This document shows positions 1-13,260 of a stretch of 64,000 nucleotides of DNA, piece by piece (positions within the stretch are counted from its first letter, which is position 1; each line of letters begins with the position of its first letter). Made by a program: the position numbers and the translations under genes. Under the pieces are notes generated by a model, which saw only the letters and a program-made list of their open reading frames with translations, had not been told where the DNA came from and did no database searches. Source of the DNA: Nymphaea colorata (lineage: Eukaryota). The stretch covers positions 30,070,001 to 30,134,000 of the forward strand of contig NC_045138.2 in NCBI RefSeq assembly GCF_008831285.2. Direction: 5' to 3'.

Positions 1-330
1 TCGAGAAACAAAAACCGACAGCCAGACAAAGAGAATTTATCTAACCCTCACCTTTCAATCAGAAAATAGACACAAAGTAAACAGAAAACATGTCCTACCT
101 TAAGTTGTGGGAACAAGTGTTGAGGACATCTAGAGATAAATATAATAAATAAAAATTTCCAGGAGAAAAGAATGGCTGCACCCGACTCCACTCTTTTCTT
201 CTGTTTTTTGTTTCTCCTTCAGTAAAGGAACCAAAAAATTGACATCAAAACATGATGCGATTCAACAGAGGGTGCGAAGGTGGAGAAGATTACAAAGGCC
301 GTCTTCTTATTGTTCCAATTCTTCTCTCTG

Positions 331-3300
331 CTAATCACTGTATGTGCACAAATTTTCAAATCCCATGTAATCGTGGTTTTCAATCTTCTGGATCATGTTT
401 GATATGCCTACTCCACCTGCACAAGAAAATATAGGAGGAAAAATTCAATGACAGGGTGAGTGAAAATCCTAGGAATACGGACGAATAAGAATATTCTGTC
501 ATTCGACATGATATTCATCACCACTGACGTATATTGATGGTGTATGCAAGCATTCCATATTAGAGAATGTCAAAGTTCTCACCTAGTGAAATTGCGCTAA
601 TAAAGATTGTGGAAGCCAAGATGAAGATAATTAGCGATGCTCTCCCCAAAATAATAATCAACTTTCTCACCGCATGTTGCCCTACAAAAGCAGCAACTGT
701 GGCCACAGCAACGAAGTAGAGTGCTGCAATGTAACAGAGACAACTCATTAGACAGACAAAACCCCACTCAGAACTCCAGTAACAGTGAAAAGGGCTCATA
801 GTTCATACCGTACGGGACAGGGAACCGCTTTAAAAGGTAGTATTCAACGACTGACATGGATGAGGAGAAAGTCATAGCAAAAGTGGCCGTCGCACTGGAA
901 ACCTGTAAGACAAAGTAGACTACGCTAAGATGGACAAAGTTAAGGGTAAATGAGAAGCCAAGGCGCCATGTGAAACGAGAATGTTCAGGTGGGCACCTGA
1001 GGTGGTATACCGAGCTCCAGGAACAGAGGGCCTAAGATAAAACCTCCTCCAAGACCAAGAAGACCGCCAACTATACCAGCCAGCATACCACAACAGCAGT
1101 AGAAAACAAGCTGATGGACTTTCCACTCTGTTTCCACATCACCCTTGGAGGATATGGTTCTCTTTCCCTTGTATAAGCTGACAGCTTCAAAAAGCGTCAC
1201 TCCAACAGAAACAGGAACCTGAATAGAATGAAATATAATTATCCTCTAACCATTCAAATAAGGATGAAATAATCAAATAACAAGTACTAGGTGACTAACC
1301 TGAAGTAGGTTCAGGACCCAGTACCATGTTGAGCATGTCGAGGTATAATTCTGCATATCAAGCATACAGAAGGAATCACAAACTATAGTGATAAAGAAAT
1401 CATTGAGAAAAAAGAATCTCAAATATGCAGGCAGCAGTTTCTGATGATGAGAAATAATCCAACTTGACAACCCACCTTGCCAATCTGAAGACCAAGGAAT
1501 GCAACCCAGACAAAGACGAGAAGAAAAAGCTCCTTCCAATAGACATTCTCCATGACACTAACCTGGAAGGACAAAAGCATATACAATGAGTATTGCCGAC
1601 ATTTTATGAGAGAAACAAAGCTTATGTGGACTCACTTGTGAATCTTCAGAGTCTTTGCCCTCTTTTTTCACGCCATTACTTGGCCCACCAGGAAGAGGTT
1701 TGTATTCCACTTCCTCATTTGCTGAAACCAAAAAAAGCAACTAAGATTGTCAACATTATTTGCAAACACGACAGACATGGTCCCCGCCATTTGATGCATT
1801 GAAACTGGGTTTCTATCGTATGATACATTCTGAATCCTGCCTGCTTTAACATTGTATTGCATCATAGAAGAGCCTCTCTAACTTACCATTTTGTTTAGCA
1901 GCTGCAGCAGCCTGAAATTAAAGAACATTAGTGTTAGACGATGGGAAAAACCTGAACTCACCAAAAGAAAAATTAATTATTGATTCTTTAGTAACTAAGC
2001 TTTATACCTTCTTAACTATGGTTTCTTTCTTCCATGTTTCAACACCTTTGAAGAAAGCTTTTGTTGATGTACCTGGTGGAATGCAAAAGAATTTGCAGCA
2101 TATGGGAAAAGCTTTAGTTATATCCGTAACTTTTTTAAAGAATAAGAAGGCACAAAAAGAAAAAGGAATTACCTAGGAAAAGGATAATCAGCAACACAGT
2201 AACCATCCAGTCAGCAAAAATGACATTAAAAGCAACACCAATGCTGATTCCCAGCATAAGCATAGGTTGGAAAAGTAGTGCCAAGTCATAATCAATAATT
2301 GGCATTGGCAACGTTGGATGCCTCAGCTTCAGATTGTAATAAACAGTAGATCCTGCTGCTCCCATGATCATACCTGATCCAAGAAAACCACAAGATCAGC
2401 ACCTAGCAAATTTAGTTGAAATGGCATGGTCTCGGCACTTCCTCTAAAGGAGATCATGGGCTATGGGTAGACTTAAGAAGTGGACATCAACATGGACGAA
2501 GTTGATAGCAGCCAAAGTGCTTCATGATAAGGAACAGAGGCCGGAAATGGTTATGTATCTTATAATTCAATGACTTCACATGGAAGAACAAATGCCTTAT
2601 AAGTCAAAACTTCACATAAAAGAACAAATACAACAGTTACTGATCGGTGCTCACGAGAAGAACCTCTCATAACTCTTTCACAACAGCAGAACTTTGATAA
2701 AGATAAACTCTCAGTTTTTACGACACTGGACAATGATAAGCCCAACCAAAGCATCAGCGTCACTGAAAAATCCCGGTCTTCTATATAAACGAACCAGATA
2801 AATCAAAGCGGCTTCTTCTTTCAGACAAAGAAAAAGTAGAAGATTGTTGCTTACATTTTGAAATAGCTGTCGATGACTTCGCGTCAAACCCAATTATGAG
2901 GGTCAGCATGGGGACGAATATCCCTCCACCACCAACTCCTCCTACACTCCCAAATGCTGCTCCCAAGAATCCAATTATGGAACCCAATATTATCCTCCAG
3001 CCAAATTTCATAGCCTGATAATACAAAAGAAGGATATCTCATGTCACACTTATGGTTGTGCATGCGTTTTTCCCAGATATAAGAGCAAAACAGGTAAACA
3101 ACTGACATGCGGGTGGAATCGTGTAGGACGAAACAAAAGAGCACGCGATTTCCTTTTTATTTATTCTTTTGGGCCAGGAAACTTGTAAAGATCTTCTCAA
3201 GCCTCAAAATTCAGATCTGTAGTTACTAAACCAAATTTGGATGGATCACCAAGGAAAAAAATCCCAAATTCGAAGTCATCAGGCAAGTCTCAAAACAAAA

Positions 3301-3651
3301 ATGATAAACTTGACAAGACCCTCAACTAACATCCACATGCAATATGTGCAACAATAAAAAAGAAGAAAACCGTTCCTCATCTCTGAACTGGCTATCCTGC
3401 CCAAGAGAGCCCGCACACCACATGAGAAAGAGGAGAGTACTCACCGGCCAGGTGTGCTCATACGCTGACACATCGGGCTGCCAGAGGAATTTTATGAGCT
3501 TTCGCAGCTGATCCTGCCCCGATTCTTCAACTACAGTGGTCTTCGGGTCATGCAGCATCAGGTTTCTCTCTGCCGCTACAAGCGCGGACGCCAAGATGCA
3601 CGTCAATCCGACTACCGCGAAAGACCGACAGTTCCTCCATTCTACGGCCAT
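331..3651 (-). CDS. Sulfite exporter TauE/SafE family membrane protein, 12 coding exons, ~474 aa
   Basis: Exons (+ coordinates, read right to left): 3445-3651, 2855-3014, 2173-2373, 2008-2072, 1887-1911, 1636-1721, 1476-1562, 1300-1350, 997-1218, 809-902, 583-723, 331-416. All introns GT-AG; total 1425 nt in frame. Family motifs: [65 protein letters not shown]-terminus YMGFENLC. Hydrophobic N-terminal signal-like segment. Confidence 0.93.
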
Positions 3652-4304
3652 TCTCGCGGTTCGGACAGCTTAAACTTCTTCTCTCTGTTATACTTTCGCC
3701 ACTCAAACCAGCGTTGCAGCTCTTTCTTCTCCCAAAATCAGGCTGCTCTTATTTTCGTTCTATGAACTAGAACAAGGACACCCAGCAATAGTCTCAAGAC
3801 GAACAGAACGCCGAACTCCACCCAATGATCTTGTGTTTCCGAACGAAAATCAGACAATAAATTGCTCTCTCCTCCGTTTTCCAGCAAAACGCCGGAAGTC
3901 TGTCTTTACGCGAAAAAAAAAAATTAAACTATCCCGTTCGCTCGTTCCCTGGCGACGATATAAAGCCCACAACGAAGCTACGCGCCGGCGTGCTTTTTCC
4001 AAGTCACAGATCCCTGCTCCTACTCCGCCGTCAATGTCACCCGACAAACGAGTTTCCGGCTGGATTTCCTCCACTTGGGACCGCTTTCCACGCGATCACG
4101 AACTCGCTCACAGCAGAACAACCCAGAGTCCGGCTGGAAAACGAGCTCCAGCGAAGGATGAGGAGGAGAAGGAATCCAGAACAGAAACAGGGGAAGGGGG
4201 GAAGAAGATAAAGACAGAGAAAAGACGAGGTTCGAGATTTTTCAGGAGCGTGGATCCAGAGAAAGAATAACCGCCAGGGATGGAAGAAGATCAAGCAGAT
4301 TCAC

Positions 4305-4740
4305 CTCTCCCCCTCTCCCTCGCTATCTCTCCCCCTCTCCCTCGCTATCTCTCTCTCTCTCTCTTCTCCAGCCAACAGGGAGCCCCGCATTTATAGCGTC
4401 CTCCGGAGAAGGCCCCGTCCGAAAATGGAAGCTCGAGTTTTGCAGTTTACAGAAATAAATAAAAAAAAAATCGGAATATTTAAAAAGGCCAGGGAAAAGG
4501 CTGGAGGTGAAAAGGAAATCTTTCCTGTTCTCACAGATCGGCGATTTTTCGGCAAATGAAAACGAGTGAAGAACAAAAAGAGGAACACTTTGGAGTGGAA
4601 GTCGCGCAGCCGACGCCGATTGTCGAAAACACCCCCAGCCTTCTCACGGAATGACGGACGCAGAGCGCCGACGTGGGCCCGCCGGAAGTGAGACGGCCAA
4701 ATCTGACCGGCCGCCGGCGATGTCGTCGACGACCATCTTA
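4305..4740 (-). promoter_or_regulatory. Probable 5' non-coding exon and GC-rich core promoter of the TauE gene
   Basis: GA/CT tract with a 22-bp duplication at 4305-4348. Candidate donor GTGAAT at 4304 and candidate acceptor TTCTAG near 3768 suggest a 5'-UTR intron. TATAAAT on the minus strand at ~4389-4395. GC-rich block 4600-4735 contains GCCGAC, ACGTGG and TGGGCC motifs. Confidence 0.45.
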
Positions 4741-4867
4741 CTTGGTAATATGAAGTAGATGGGCACTCAATCGTACCCGTCTAATAATTCTTGTTTGTTA
4801 CTATAGTATTATCGCTATATTTTTTTAAAACATAATATTTTAATTAAACTTAATAGAAAAGTGCTGA

Positions 4868-5073
4868 AAGAGTTTGGATGACATCCTCATCTAATCCAAT
4901 TTTTTTAGGAATTCAGAAAACATAATTCTTTTTCTTTGTTTGAATGTCACATTCAAAACCCAGTTTTATGAATAATTTGAAGGGATCAGGCGTTTTCTTC
5001 AAACTCCGGTTTGTTGGTATCCAAACGTTTCAAAAACCTGGTTTTGAAGTGTCGCCCAATGATCCGAATGCCC
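4868..5073. mobile_element. Degenerate MITE-like dispersed repeat; related copy in opposite orientation at ~16334-16503
   Basis: GTTTGGATGACATCCTCATCTAATCC (4872) resembles the reverse complement of GAGTTAGATGAAGGTGTCATTCAAGT (~16475). Ends are GTTTGG...CCGAAT, like Tourist-type termini. Confidence 0.45.
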
Positions 5074-5927
5074 CTGGTAAATCTCTCATTGAGGTGTTGA
5101 TCCAAATTTTATATGAAGTGTATGATGCAAATATATTTAGCTGTGACATTGAAGTTTAGTAGGGTAGCTAATCAATATATGTTTCTCGGGGATGGGGCCT
5201 CTAGCCTTTATTAATAAAAAAGTTTAAAAGCCGGCATATTAAAAAAATAGATCCCATGCCGGAATAAAAAAATATGAGGCAAAATCTTAAAAGGGATCTC
5301 AAAACAGACCCACCTAAACATTATGCCAACACTTAGTGCTTGGCAAAACATGCAACTAAGACATCTTACAACTACAAATACAAATACAAATATTATTGAA
5401 ATCCAAACTATTGATTATAAATTAAAAGCGGCTAAATTTGAAAATACCCAAGTACTTATAAATGTATCCTTATAAAGCAATTAAAATCACAAAATTCGTA
5501 GTGTATAATTTTGTAAATAGAGATAAATATATGGTAAAATTTGAATGAAAACCACATCTGAACATCCACTATGGCATTTTTTTAGAATAATTTATAATAG
5601 GATGGTGCGACTTTTTAATGGCTCAGCCGAATCGCCTGTCGACGGACAAAATAAAATACTATCGTATTTATAAATTAATAATAAATAAACTTTTAAAAAA
5701 ATCACTTGTTGTAATAATTCAATTTGATGGTTTCTAATCCATTTCTTAACAACTTTGGTATTAAGTTAAAAAAAAAACTTCAACCAACTAAATAACTACC
5801 TCATTTATAAGTCATTTTTGACATTTTTGATAATTATTTATAAGTTTTTTTTTAAATTTAATATGATTTTAAATACAAGACTAAACGAAAGAAGTCAATA
5901 AAAAACAAAAAGGTGGAAGAAAGGGCA

Positions 5928-6013
5928 GAAGCAAAAATAGATTTGAATTACTGGAGAGGACAGATTATATGAAGCAAAAATAGATTTGAATTATTGGAGA
6001 GGACAGATTATAT
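5928..6013. repeat. Two-copy tandem duplication, 43-bp unit
   Basis: GAAGCAAAAATAGATTTGAATTA(C/T)TGGAGAGGACAGATTATAT at 5928 and 5971, one mismatch. Confidence 0.95.
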
Positions 6014-6510
6014 AATGATTATATAATTGATCCAGATCTGTCCGACCGGTTGAAGACATCATGTAAAACGAGATGATTATTTTATTATACCTTTTTGCAA
6101 ATAAAAAAAGATACAACTGAGCGTAGATCCCAAAGAAAAAGCCAACGGATGTAAGCATATTTGATATATTCAGTGTTTTTTCATGGGGTTTGAGTTCGAG
6201 TCGAAATCAAATACCTCGTACCCATTGGGTGTTCGACCCGACCCTTAGGCTTATCTTCAATGAGCTAAAAATATCTAAAAATCATTTTTAAAAACAATAC
6301 ATGTATAAAATCAAATAAAATATGTAAATAATAGTTGAAAACTCTCATGGCACTCTTAAGCCAAACACCGCTACTGATTTGATTTGAAATAAAAGGATGA
6401 ATCCGACCCGGTTGTGTGAATTCATGATCATGGGTTGGAACCCTAAGTTTCTTCTAGATGCAAGAAGTGTGATGTGACACTTAAATTGAAAGGCGGTTGT
6501 ACCGTATGAT

Positions 6511-6683
6511 CAGGGGTGAAAGCAGGATTTTTTTGAGGAGCGGGCCAAACAATCAGCGGGTTGGGCCAAGATGAGGAGACGGGTTGGGACAAACTAAAAA
6601 AATTTGATTTTTTCAATATAAAAAAATTTCTTGCGCACAACCAGGCCATCGCCCAGGCGGGCCCCCCTCCTCCCTCCGCCCCG
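6511..6683. mobile_element. hAT-like MITE (CAGGGGCGG family), degenerate
   Basis: Starts CAGGGGTGAAAGC, ends CCTCCGCCCCG. Flanks CGTATGAT / TGTAGGAC match 5/8. Confidence 0.55.
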
Positions 6684-7205
6684 TGTAGGACCACTGATGT
6701 CTCGAACCAGACTTGGAAATGGTAAGGTTTCACCTTTCGGTGCGCCTCAAATCGAACAACATTGTTCCCATTTGTCAATACCTAGATTGAACCCATCAAA
6801 AACTTAGTAATTTTCATTTGTCAAAGCTTATTTGATTTGGTACTTTCTTTTCATTTACAAAGTATGGGACTTTTAATTCAAATTGAATAAAGTCTTGCTT
6901 CCACGCGATTTTCTTTTGGAAAACATTTAAACATCGTAGTAAATAGGCTTTGAGATGTCTTTCTTAATTTGAAGAAACATTTAAAAGTATGGATAGGGAG
7001 GAGCTATGCTTAAATGAGCGGAATCAACAGCTAAGACCTTTCGATCTTATCCCCTAACAATCAAGCGATGTTTGATTATTTCAGATTTGAAATCCATGGA
7101 TCTGATTTGGATTTGACCTGCTTTTGCTAATATAGAAAAAAAATTATGGTAAAATTTGCATCGTATTATTTTTTAATTATTTTAATATAGATGTATTTAA
7201 AAATA

Positions 7206-7208
<3 letters not shown>

Positions 7209-7274
<66 letters not shown>
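7209..7274. repeat. (TA)n microsatellite
   Basis: Directly visible. Confidence 0.98.
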
Positions 7275-7276
<2 letters not shown>

Positions 7277-10265
7277 CGGTGTTTATTTAGGGGCAGAACC
7301 ATATGGGGCTTGTGTGGGCAGTTGCCCACACAGTGCAACAAATCCACTTATTACATATTGGTTACCATTTGCTGGTTCATTTATATGTTAGTGTTCCACA
7401 ATTATTTACTTTTTGGTACATGGTGCCATGTTGCGGCATCCGGCCTTTTGGGGTAGTGACAAAGGCAAATTGTTTTGGTACTCGTGGTTGTTCGCTGCAT
7501 AGCCGGCGGCACGACCGCAAAAGAACAATATGAAGGATGTTAACGGATCGGATTTGAATTAGATATTCGGTCAAATGAGATAGGAAAACCAATTTGAAGG
7601 AACATATTTTGCATTGATTTACGTACATACAGGAAAAAGGACGCATAAGCAAACAAATATATGTTTGTTTGAATTAAAATATTAAATGTCCTTTTAAGTG
7701 CGCGCTTACTTGAGGGCATGCATCGAGTCAGTTCTGATTAAGAAAAAAGAAAGGTCATCTACGTTTCAACTGCATAATTGGACTTTTTTTTTGTGTTTAA
7801 AAAGTCCACATCAACTTAGGAAAACCTAATGCGTACACAAATTTTTACAAAACAATTAATAATAAGTAGGGAATGGGGCCTTCGGGCCTTTTCACGTGAA
7901 AGGTAAAAAAATCCAACAAATTTTTTGGTTTGGATCATTTGATGGATTGGAAATATGGAGTTGAAAAGAAATTTTCAAAAACTTATTTCAGGAATTGAAG
8001 AAATGAAAACAAAATCCAGATTTCTAAACCCCTTTGTGTTTGCTGGACTTGGGTTTATGTTTCGGAAAATAAATTTCTCAATTTAATAGGAATGAATCAT
8101 GAAAAAAGAGAATCGTTCGATTAAGGAATACTTCCCAACGGTTGTTTTTTTCATCTTAGAAAATTTTTTCCACCCATTGAGATGGAAAAAAAAAATTGAA
8201 GAGAAATTTCTGAAAACCAACCCAACTGTTACTTTTTTTCATCTCAATAAAAATTTTTAAAAATTTTGAATTTTATTTTCAGTGCTACAGAAAATATCTT
8301 GCCCATCAAACGGTTCGATGGAATTTTTTGTCCTCGTTTGCACGAGTGACTGCACGTTGATGGGTAGCAATTTCAAACACCAACATTTTCTGCACATCCG
8401 AGAATATCGAAGGCCAGTAATGTTTAATCTCATGGGGTGCGTTTGATTATTTTGGGTCTTGCATTCCAGGTGATTTATGATCTTAGAGTTTCAGATCTTA
8501 GGATTTTAGATCGTCGATTTTTTTTGGACAAGATATTAAGTCTTAGTTTAAAATATGCAAGGGTTGCACCATAAATTTGCAAGTCTAACATTGCTATTAG
8601 CGACCGTTTATGGTGACCTTAGCATAATTTGCGGTCCTTTTTAATGATGAATTTTTAAATTTTAACTATATGTGTATTTGGCAACATTGACATATATATA
8701 TATATATATATATATGGCTTAATATACAAGTCTAATAAATGTCTACCTAACTCTCCACCAGCATGAGATTTCAAAAGAAAGAAAGAATTTATCAACACCA
8801 AAGAAGCTTTATTTCTATGAGACAATTTCTGTTATGTCAGCTTTGACCTCAATATAGTCTGCATAAAAAGATACCCAACCCATTTTTTTGGGTTTTAATA
8901 GGATATTTTAAAAATTATTTATAATTTTATTTTAATAAAAACAAAATAGTTTCTCGACTCGGGCCAATCTGAATCGAGTCAACACATATAGAAGACCCAA
9001 GAAAAAGTTAGAGGTGATCTTGATTATTAAATGTGGAAAACTACAAAGTTGGAAGTCATGAAACGAGCAGGTTCTTATTAATACATGTATTATACATTGC
9101 CCTCTTTTTTTTAGGAGTAATGAAGTAAGAATTTTATTTTTTATATTGATAATGTGATTTAAATGAATCTTTATAGATGTAACTGCAAGTTAATCATATT
9201 GAATGAGTTATAATGATGTAAATGGTAGACTTAAATTTAGTTTTATATTTTTATGTACTTGTGATTATAATCATTTGAACAATTTTTTATGATTATAATT
9301 ACAAGTTGAAATCTGCAATTCAGCAAATAAATCTCATTCATATTACTTATTTGCAAAATTGTAATTGGATCCATAGAAATTGGCTCAATTGTTTGATGTT
9401 ATGTCTAGAGCCTAAGGTGAGAGACGTAGCCGTGCCGGTTTATCCCACTGTACCAACCGTCCAACCATCTAATTGTCGACATTTTTGTTCGAGTTTGGAG
9501 CCTCTGAATTCATGCCATGTGTCCACATCACGACCGCAGAGTTCCTATCGCCAATCGACGGCCTAGATTTGAGCCTCGCTCATGAGAGCACATCTGGCAA
9601 TCTTATCCACAGTAGGTGGTCGACACATAACGGGGTTATTGACGTGACAGATAAGCATGGTCTTTTTGCGAATGGACCCTACATGTCGAGCAGTGGGTGC
9701 GGGTGCGAGTCTAGACGTAGACCTTCCCGAGCACGGCAAATTTAAGTCTAGAAGACAGTCACATATTTTTAATTTGTTCTAAGAACACTTTTGTTGGATT
9801 TTATTTTACAATGTATTTTTATTCAACTAAAACACACTTTTTCCTAATATTATTCCATTTTTTCGTAAATTATAATATTATTGCATTTTCAGAAGTGTGA
9901 AAAATGAGAAGGGGGGCCTTCCTTTGCCTATTTTCCTATCACGTGATGGGCACATGATAATCATTGTCCGGACAATTGCGACATGGTGGCCACTTGCGTA
10001 TATCGCGCCGTACACTCTCATAAATTGAAAAAATATATAAATATGCAGCTAAAATTAATGAATTGGCCATTGAATAGTGAAATTATAAAAAAGTCTTTGA
10101 TGTTCGGTGCCAAATTATTAAAATATAAAAATTTTATTGTCAGAATGAATAGTTGCTAAAAGCTTACAACACTATATATCGTTTTTGAATAACATATTTT
10201 TAATTTTTAGTTGTTTATATATAAACAAGTGACCGACTTAATAAAAGTTCGATTCTCGTGGATAC

Positions 10266-10360
10266 TACTTCTTTACATTGCAAACAATGTGCGACACCAA
10301 TACTCTCGTTAATACTTCTTTACATTGCAAACAATGTGCGACACCAATACTCTCGTTAAT
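10266..10360. repeat. Two-copy tandem duplication, 47-bp unit
   Basis: TACTTCTTTACATTGCAAACAATGTGCGACACCAATACTCTCGTTAA is identical at 10266 and 10313. Confidence 0.95.
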
Positions 10361-10960
10361 GGGTGTTTCATTCTATACCTAAATCCTAAAGCACCCCCGA
10401 ACATTTCGGTCAATATTAAGGTATGTTTTTTCACATGTTTATATCTTTTTTATTAAATTATTAATAGTAAATACGACAAAAAAGGGGGCCTCTTAGTCAG
10501 ATGCCACAATTAATAAAAATTAAATGTTATGATACCATTCAATATTGACAATGATTTTTTTTTTTGGGAAGTTTTTTTGGAACATACATAAATTGTTTCC
10601 TTTTTGGAATTATGTGGAGTTAATGGGGATGGAGACTGAAAAACTTCCATATGATATGTAGTTGGATTTAAATGTGGGGAAGGTGAATAATGGGAGGCAT
10701 TAAAGGCCGCTGATTATACTTTTGCTCAAATATCTTTCATGGTGGTCGGCATCCATCCAAATAAGGACTTTGACAACTAAGGCATTTAAGTTTCTGCACT
10801 GGATAGATTTCATGATCTACACCTCATATATTTTCTTCCAATTTCTTTCTTCTGGTTATCCACTACCATAGAACAATTGACAAAAGTTGTTCTTGATTTT
10901 TCGGCAAAAAAAAAAAAAAAGAGAGGAGTCTGATCTTAGATCTGAGGCTTTGATGTAACT

Positions 10961-11126
10961 TAAAGTTGCGTTTGATAGCTTCGGAATTCACATCTGAATC
11001 GGATTTGCTGAATAAATATGAGATTTATCAAATTGTAGATTTAAGAACCGCAAATTTCATATCCATGGGAATTCTTAGATCCACGGACCTCAAATCTAAA
11101 ATCGAAGGCAGTGAAATACACCCTTA
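10961..11126. mobile_element. Tourist/PIF-Harbinger-like MITE, degenerate
   Basis: TAAAGTTGCGTTTGATAGC ... GCAGTGAAATACACCCTTA imperfect inverted ends. The GGATC/AGATC-rich interior resembles segments near 8435 and 19200-19335. Confidence 0.4.
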
Positions 11127-11255
11127 AGAGCTCTTGAATTGTTTTTTTATCTAAAATCCGCAAAAGATTTGAGAATTGTAGATTTAAGATTAGCCCATCC
11201 CTCATCCAATCGGACCTCAATAACATTTTAAATTCATGGATCTAAGGTTCGACCC

Positions 11256-11355
<100 letters not shown>

Positions 11356-11964
11356 CACTTTTCACATTGCCTTTCTGATAAGCCAGCAGAGCTATCTTGT
11401 TGTTTTCCCCCTTTTTTTAGAAGAAAAAATATTTCAGATCTGAATGTGAGGATGCTGATGGACAAAAACTTACACCCCACATGCAGATTTCTCCAAATTC
11501 GTCCTTTATTGTCAGTCCGATCATCCAGATCCGTTCTGGTTGAGGCTTTTAACTAGTACTAGAAATTATTCTTACCTTAGAAGTTTACATAAAACAAGGG
11601 AGTAATTGTTAGAAAACTGCATAATCAAATCATAAAGCCTGCATAAACAGCTAATTTGTCATCAAATTGGGTTAATCAGGCAGTGGCGGATAGACCGGAT
11701 GGATTTGTCGCGACAGCGGCGGAGCCAGAAAAATTTAGTGAAGAAATTGCTAAATAATATGTAAAATTAGAGACTTTGAAGAGTTAATAGGAGCATGTGC
11801 CTCTTCTCTGTGACATGCAACAACTCCTTGTCTTGAATGCTGCTTCCAAATTTGCACATGATCAAGCTTCTGCACATGATCCAACATGAAGATGTTGCCC
11901 AGAGATTTAATTGTTTAGCCTCTTCAGATCCAGTAAAAGTTTCATAATCAAGTGTATATAAAAA

Positions 11965-12043
11965 CAGGGGCGGAGGCATGTGTGGGCATCATACCGCACA
12001 CAGACCCACAAAAAAAATACAGAAATTTTTGGCTTCGTCCCTG
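11965..12043. mobile_element. Very short (79 bp) hAT-like MITE
   Basis: CAGGGGCGGAGGC ... GGCTTCGTCCCTG inverted termini. Flanks TATAAAAA / TGTATAAA match 6/8. Confidence 0.6.
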
Positions 12044-13219
12044 TGTATAAACATGAATTTTTGAGTTGAATCACTGATTTCGCAACCCCAGATTTCATTT
12101 ATGCTTTCCGATTCAATCCTAACAACATTATTTTCAAGCTATCGAGCTAAAACTTGATCGGATCCCAAAACACCATTTGAATATCGGGTGAGTAGGATGA
12201 GTGTTTCGTTCCACCGTCCAAACGGGAGCCGAAACCCTCACCCAACCCTTCATCTTCCTGGAGTACAGGACCTACTTTCTGTGACTCAAGGATGCCGCTT
12301 CTGTGTGCTTCAACTCGTATATTAGTGGCTCCCTGTTTGCAGCACAAAGAATTGATGCCTGTGTGCTTCAAAAGATAATGTTTTCTTGTCAAACACTCTA
12401 TTATAAATATAAGTGAACTATATATCCATTTTTAAAACATGTTATTTAGGAAAAACCATCTTTGATATAAAACTTTTATTTATTTAAGGTTCTGTCTTGT
12501 TTCAGGTCTTGGGTGGACCTATGGTCTTCCATTCAACTTGAATGTCGCTGCACTTTGTACATTTAGAATGTGTTTATGGCCACGGGATTCAAACATCAGA
12601 CCCCTTAAATGTGAACGGCTTTACCCTACCGTGCAGTTGCTTTTCGCGCCATGTGACGCTATATATCCAATTGCTTTGAGTTGGTAAGAAAGTGGGTACC
12701 ATATAAATGACATGAAACCTGACCTCCTCCACTTTCAAGTGCATCCTTTTGTCACCCATGAATTATTTTTTACATGAAAACAACTTGCAATTATCAACTC
12801 TTGTCAAATCAATCAAGCCAACCCACATGATCAAATGGATTTGAAAGATGGGCAGTATTGAGATTGAGACTTTTAGACATAAAATCTCAAAAAGATCTGT
12901 GTCTTGTGCTGAGATTATGTCATGTTCCACACTTCAGTTACTTTTTTGTGACAATGTAAATCTAAGCTAAAGTTGGCAAATTCTTACCAACTTGAATATT
13001 TCAATCATGAATCATATTTCATATTTTTAGGTGAGCGGCGGCCCCTCATTCTCCTTGTCTCCAGAGTCATTAACTGCGCCAGTATTGATGAATGACAACG
13101 GTGCATCTTTCAACTTAAACTATGAACTCTGCTACTTTAAGATGGTGGAGCGACTAGAGACATGCGTTCAAACCTACCTGTAGTCCGACCTACTACGTTA
13201 TGTTATGTTTTATTTAAAC

Positions 13220-13222
<3 letters not shown>

Positions 13223-13258
<36 letters not shown>
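13223..13258. repeat. (AT)n microsatellite
   Basis: Directly visible. Confidence 0.97.

Positions 13259-13260
<2 letters not shown>

Noticed and set aside
3833..4294. Several 70-145 aa ORFs on both strands upstream of TauE
   Set aside because: Low-complexity, no recognisable domain; better explained as the 5'-UTR/intron of the TauE gene.
7191..7391. ORFs with YIYIYI/RERE runs (also 15924-16286) and NPNP/IWIW runs (46337-46753)
   Set aside because: They are translations of microsatellites.
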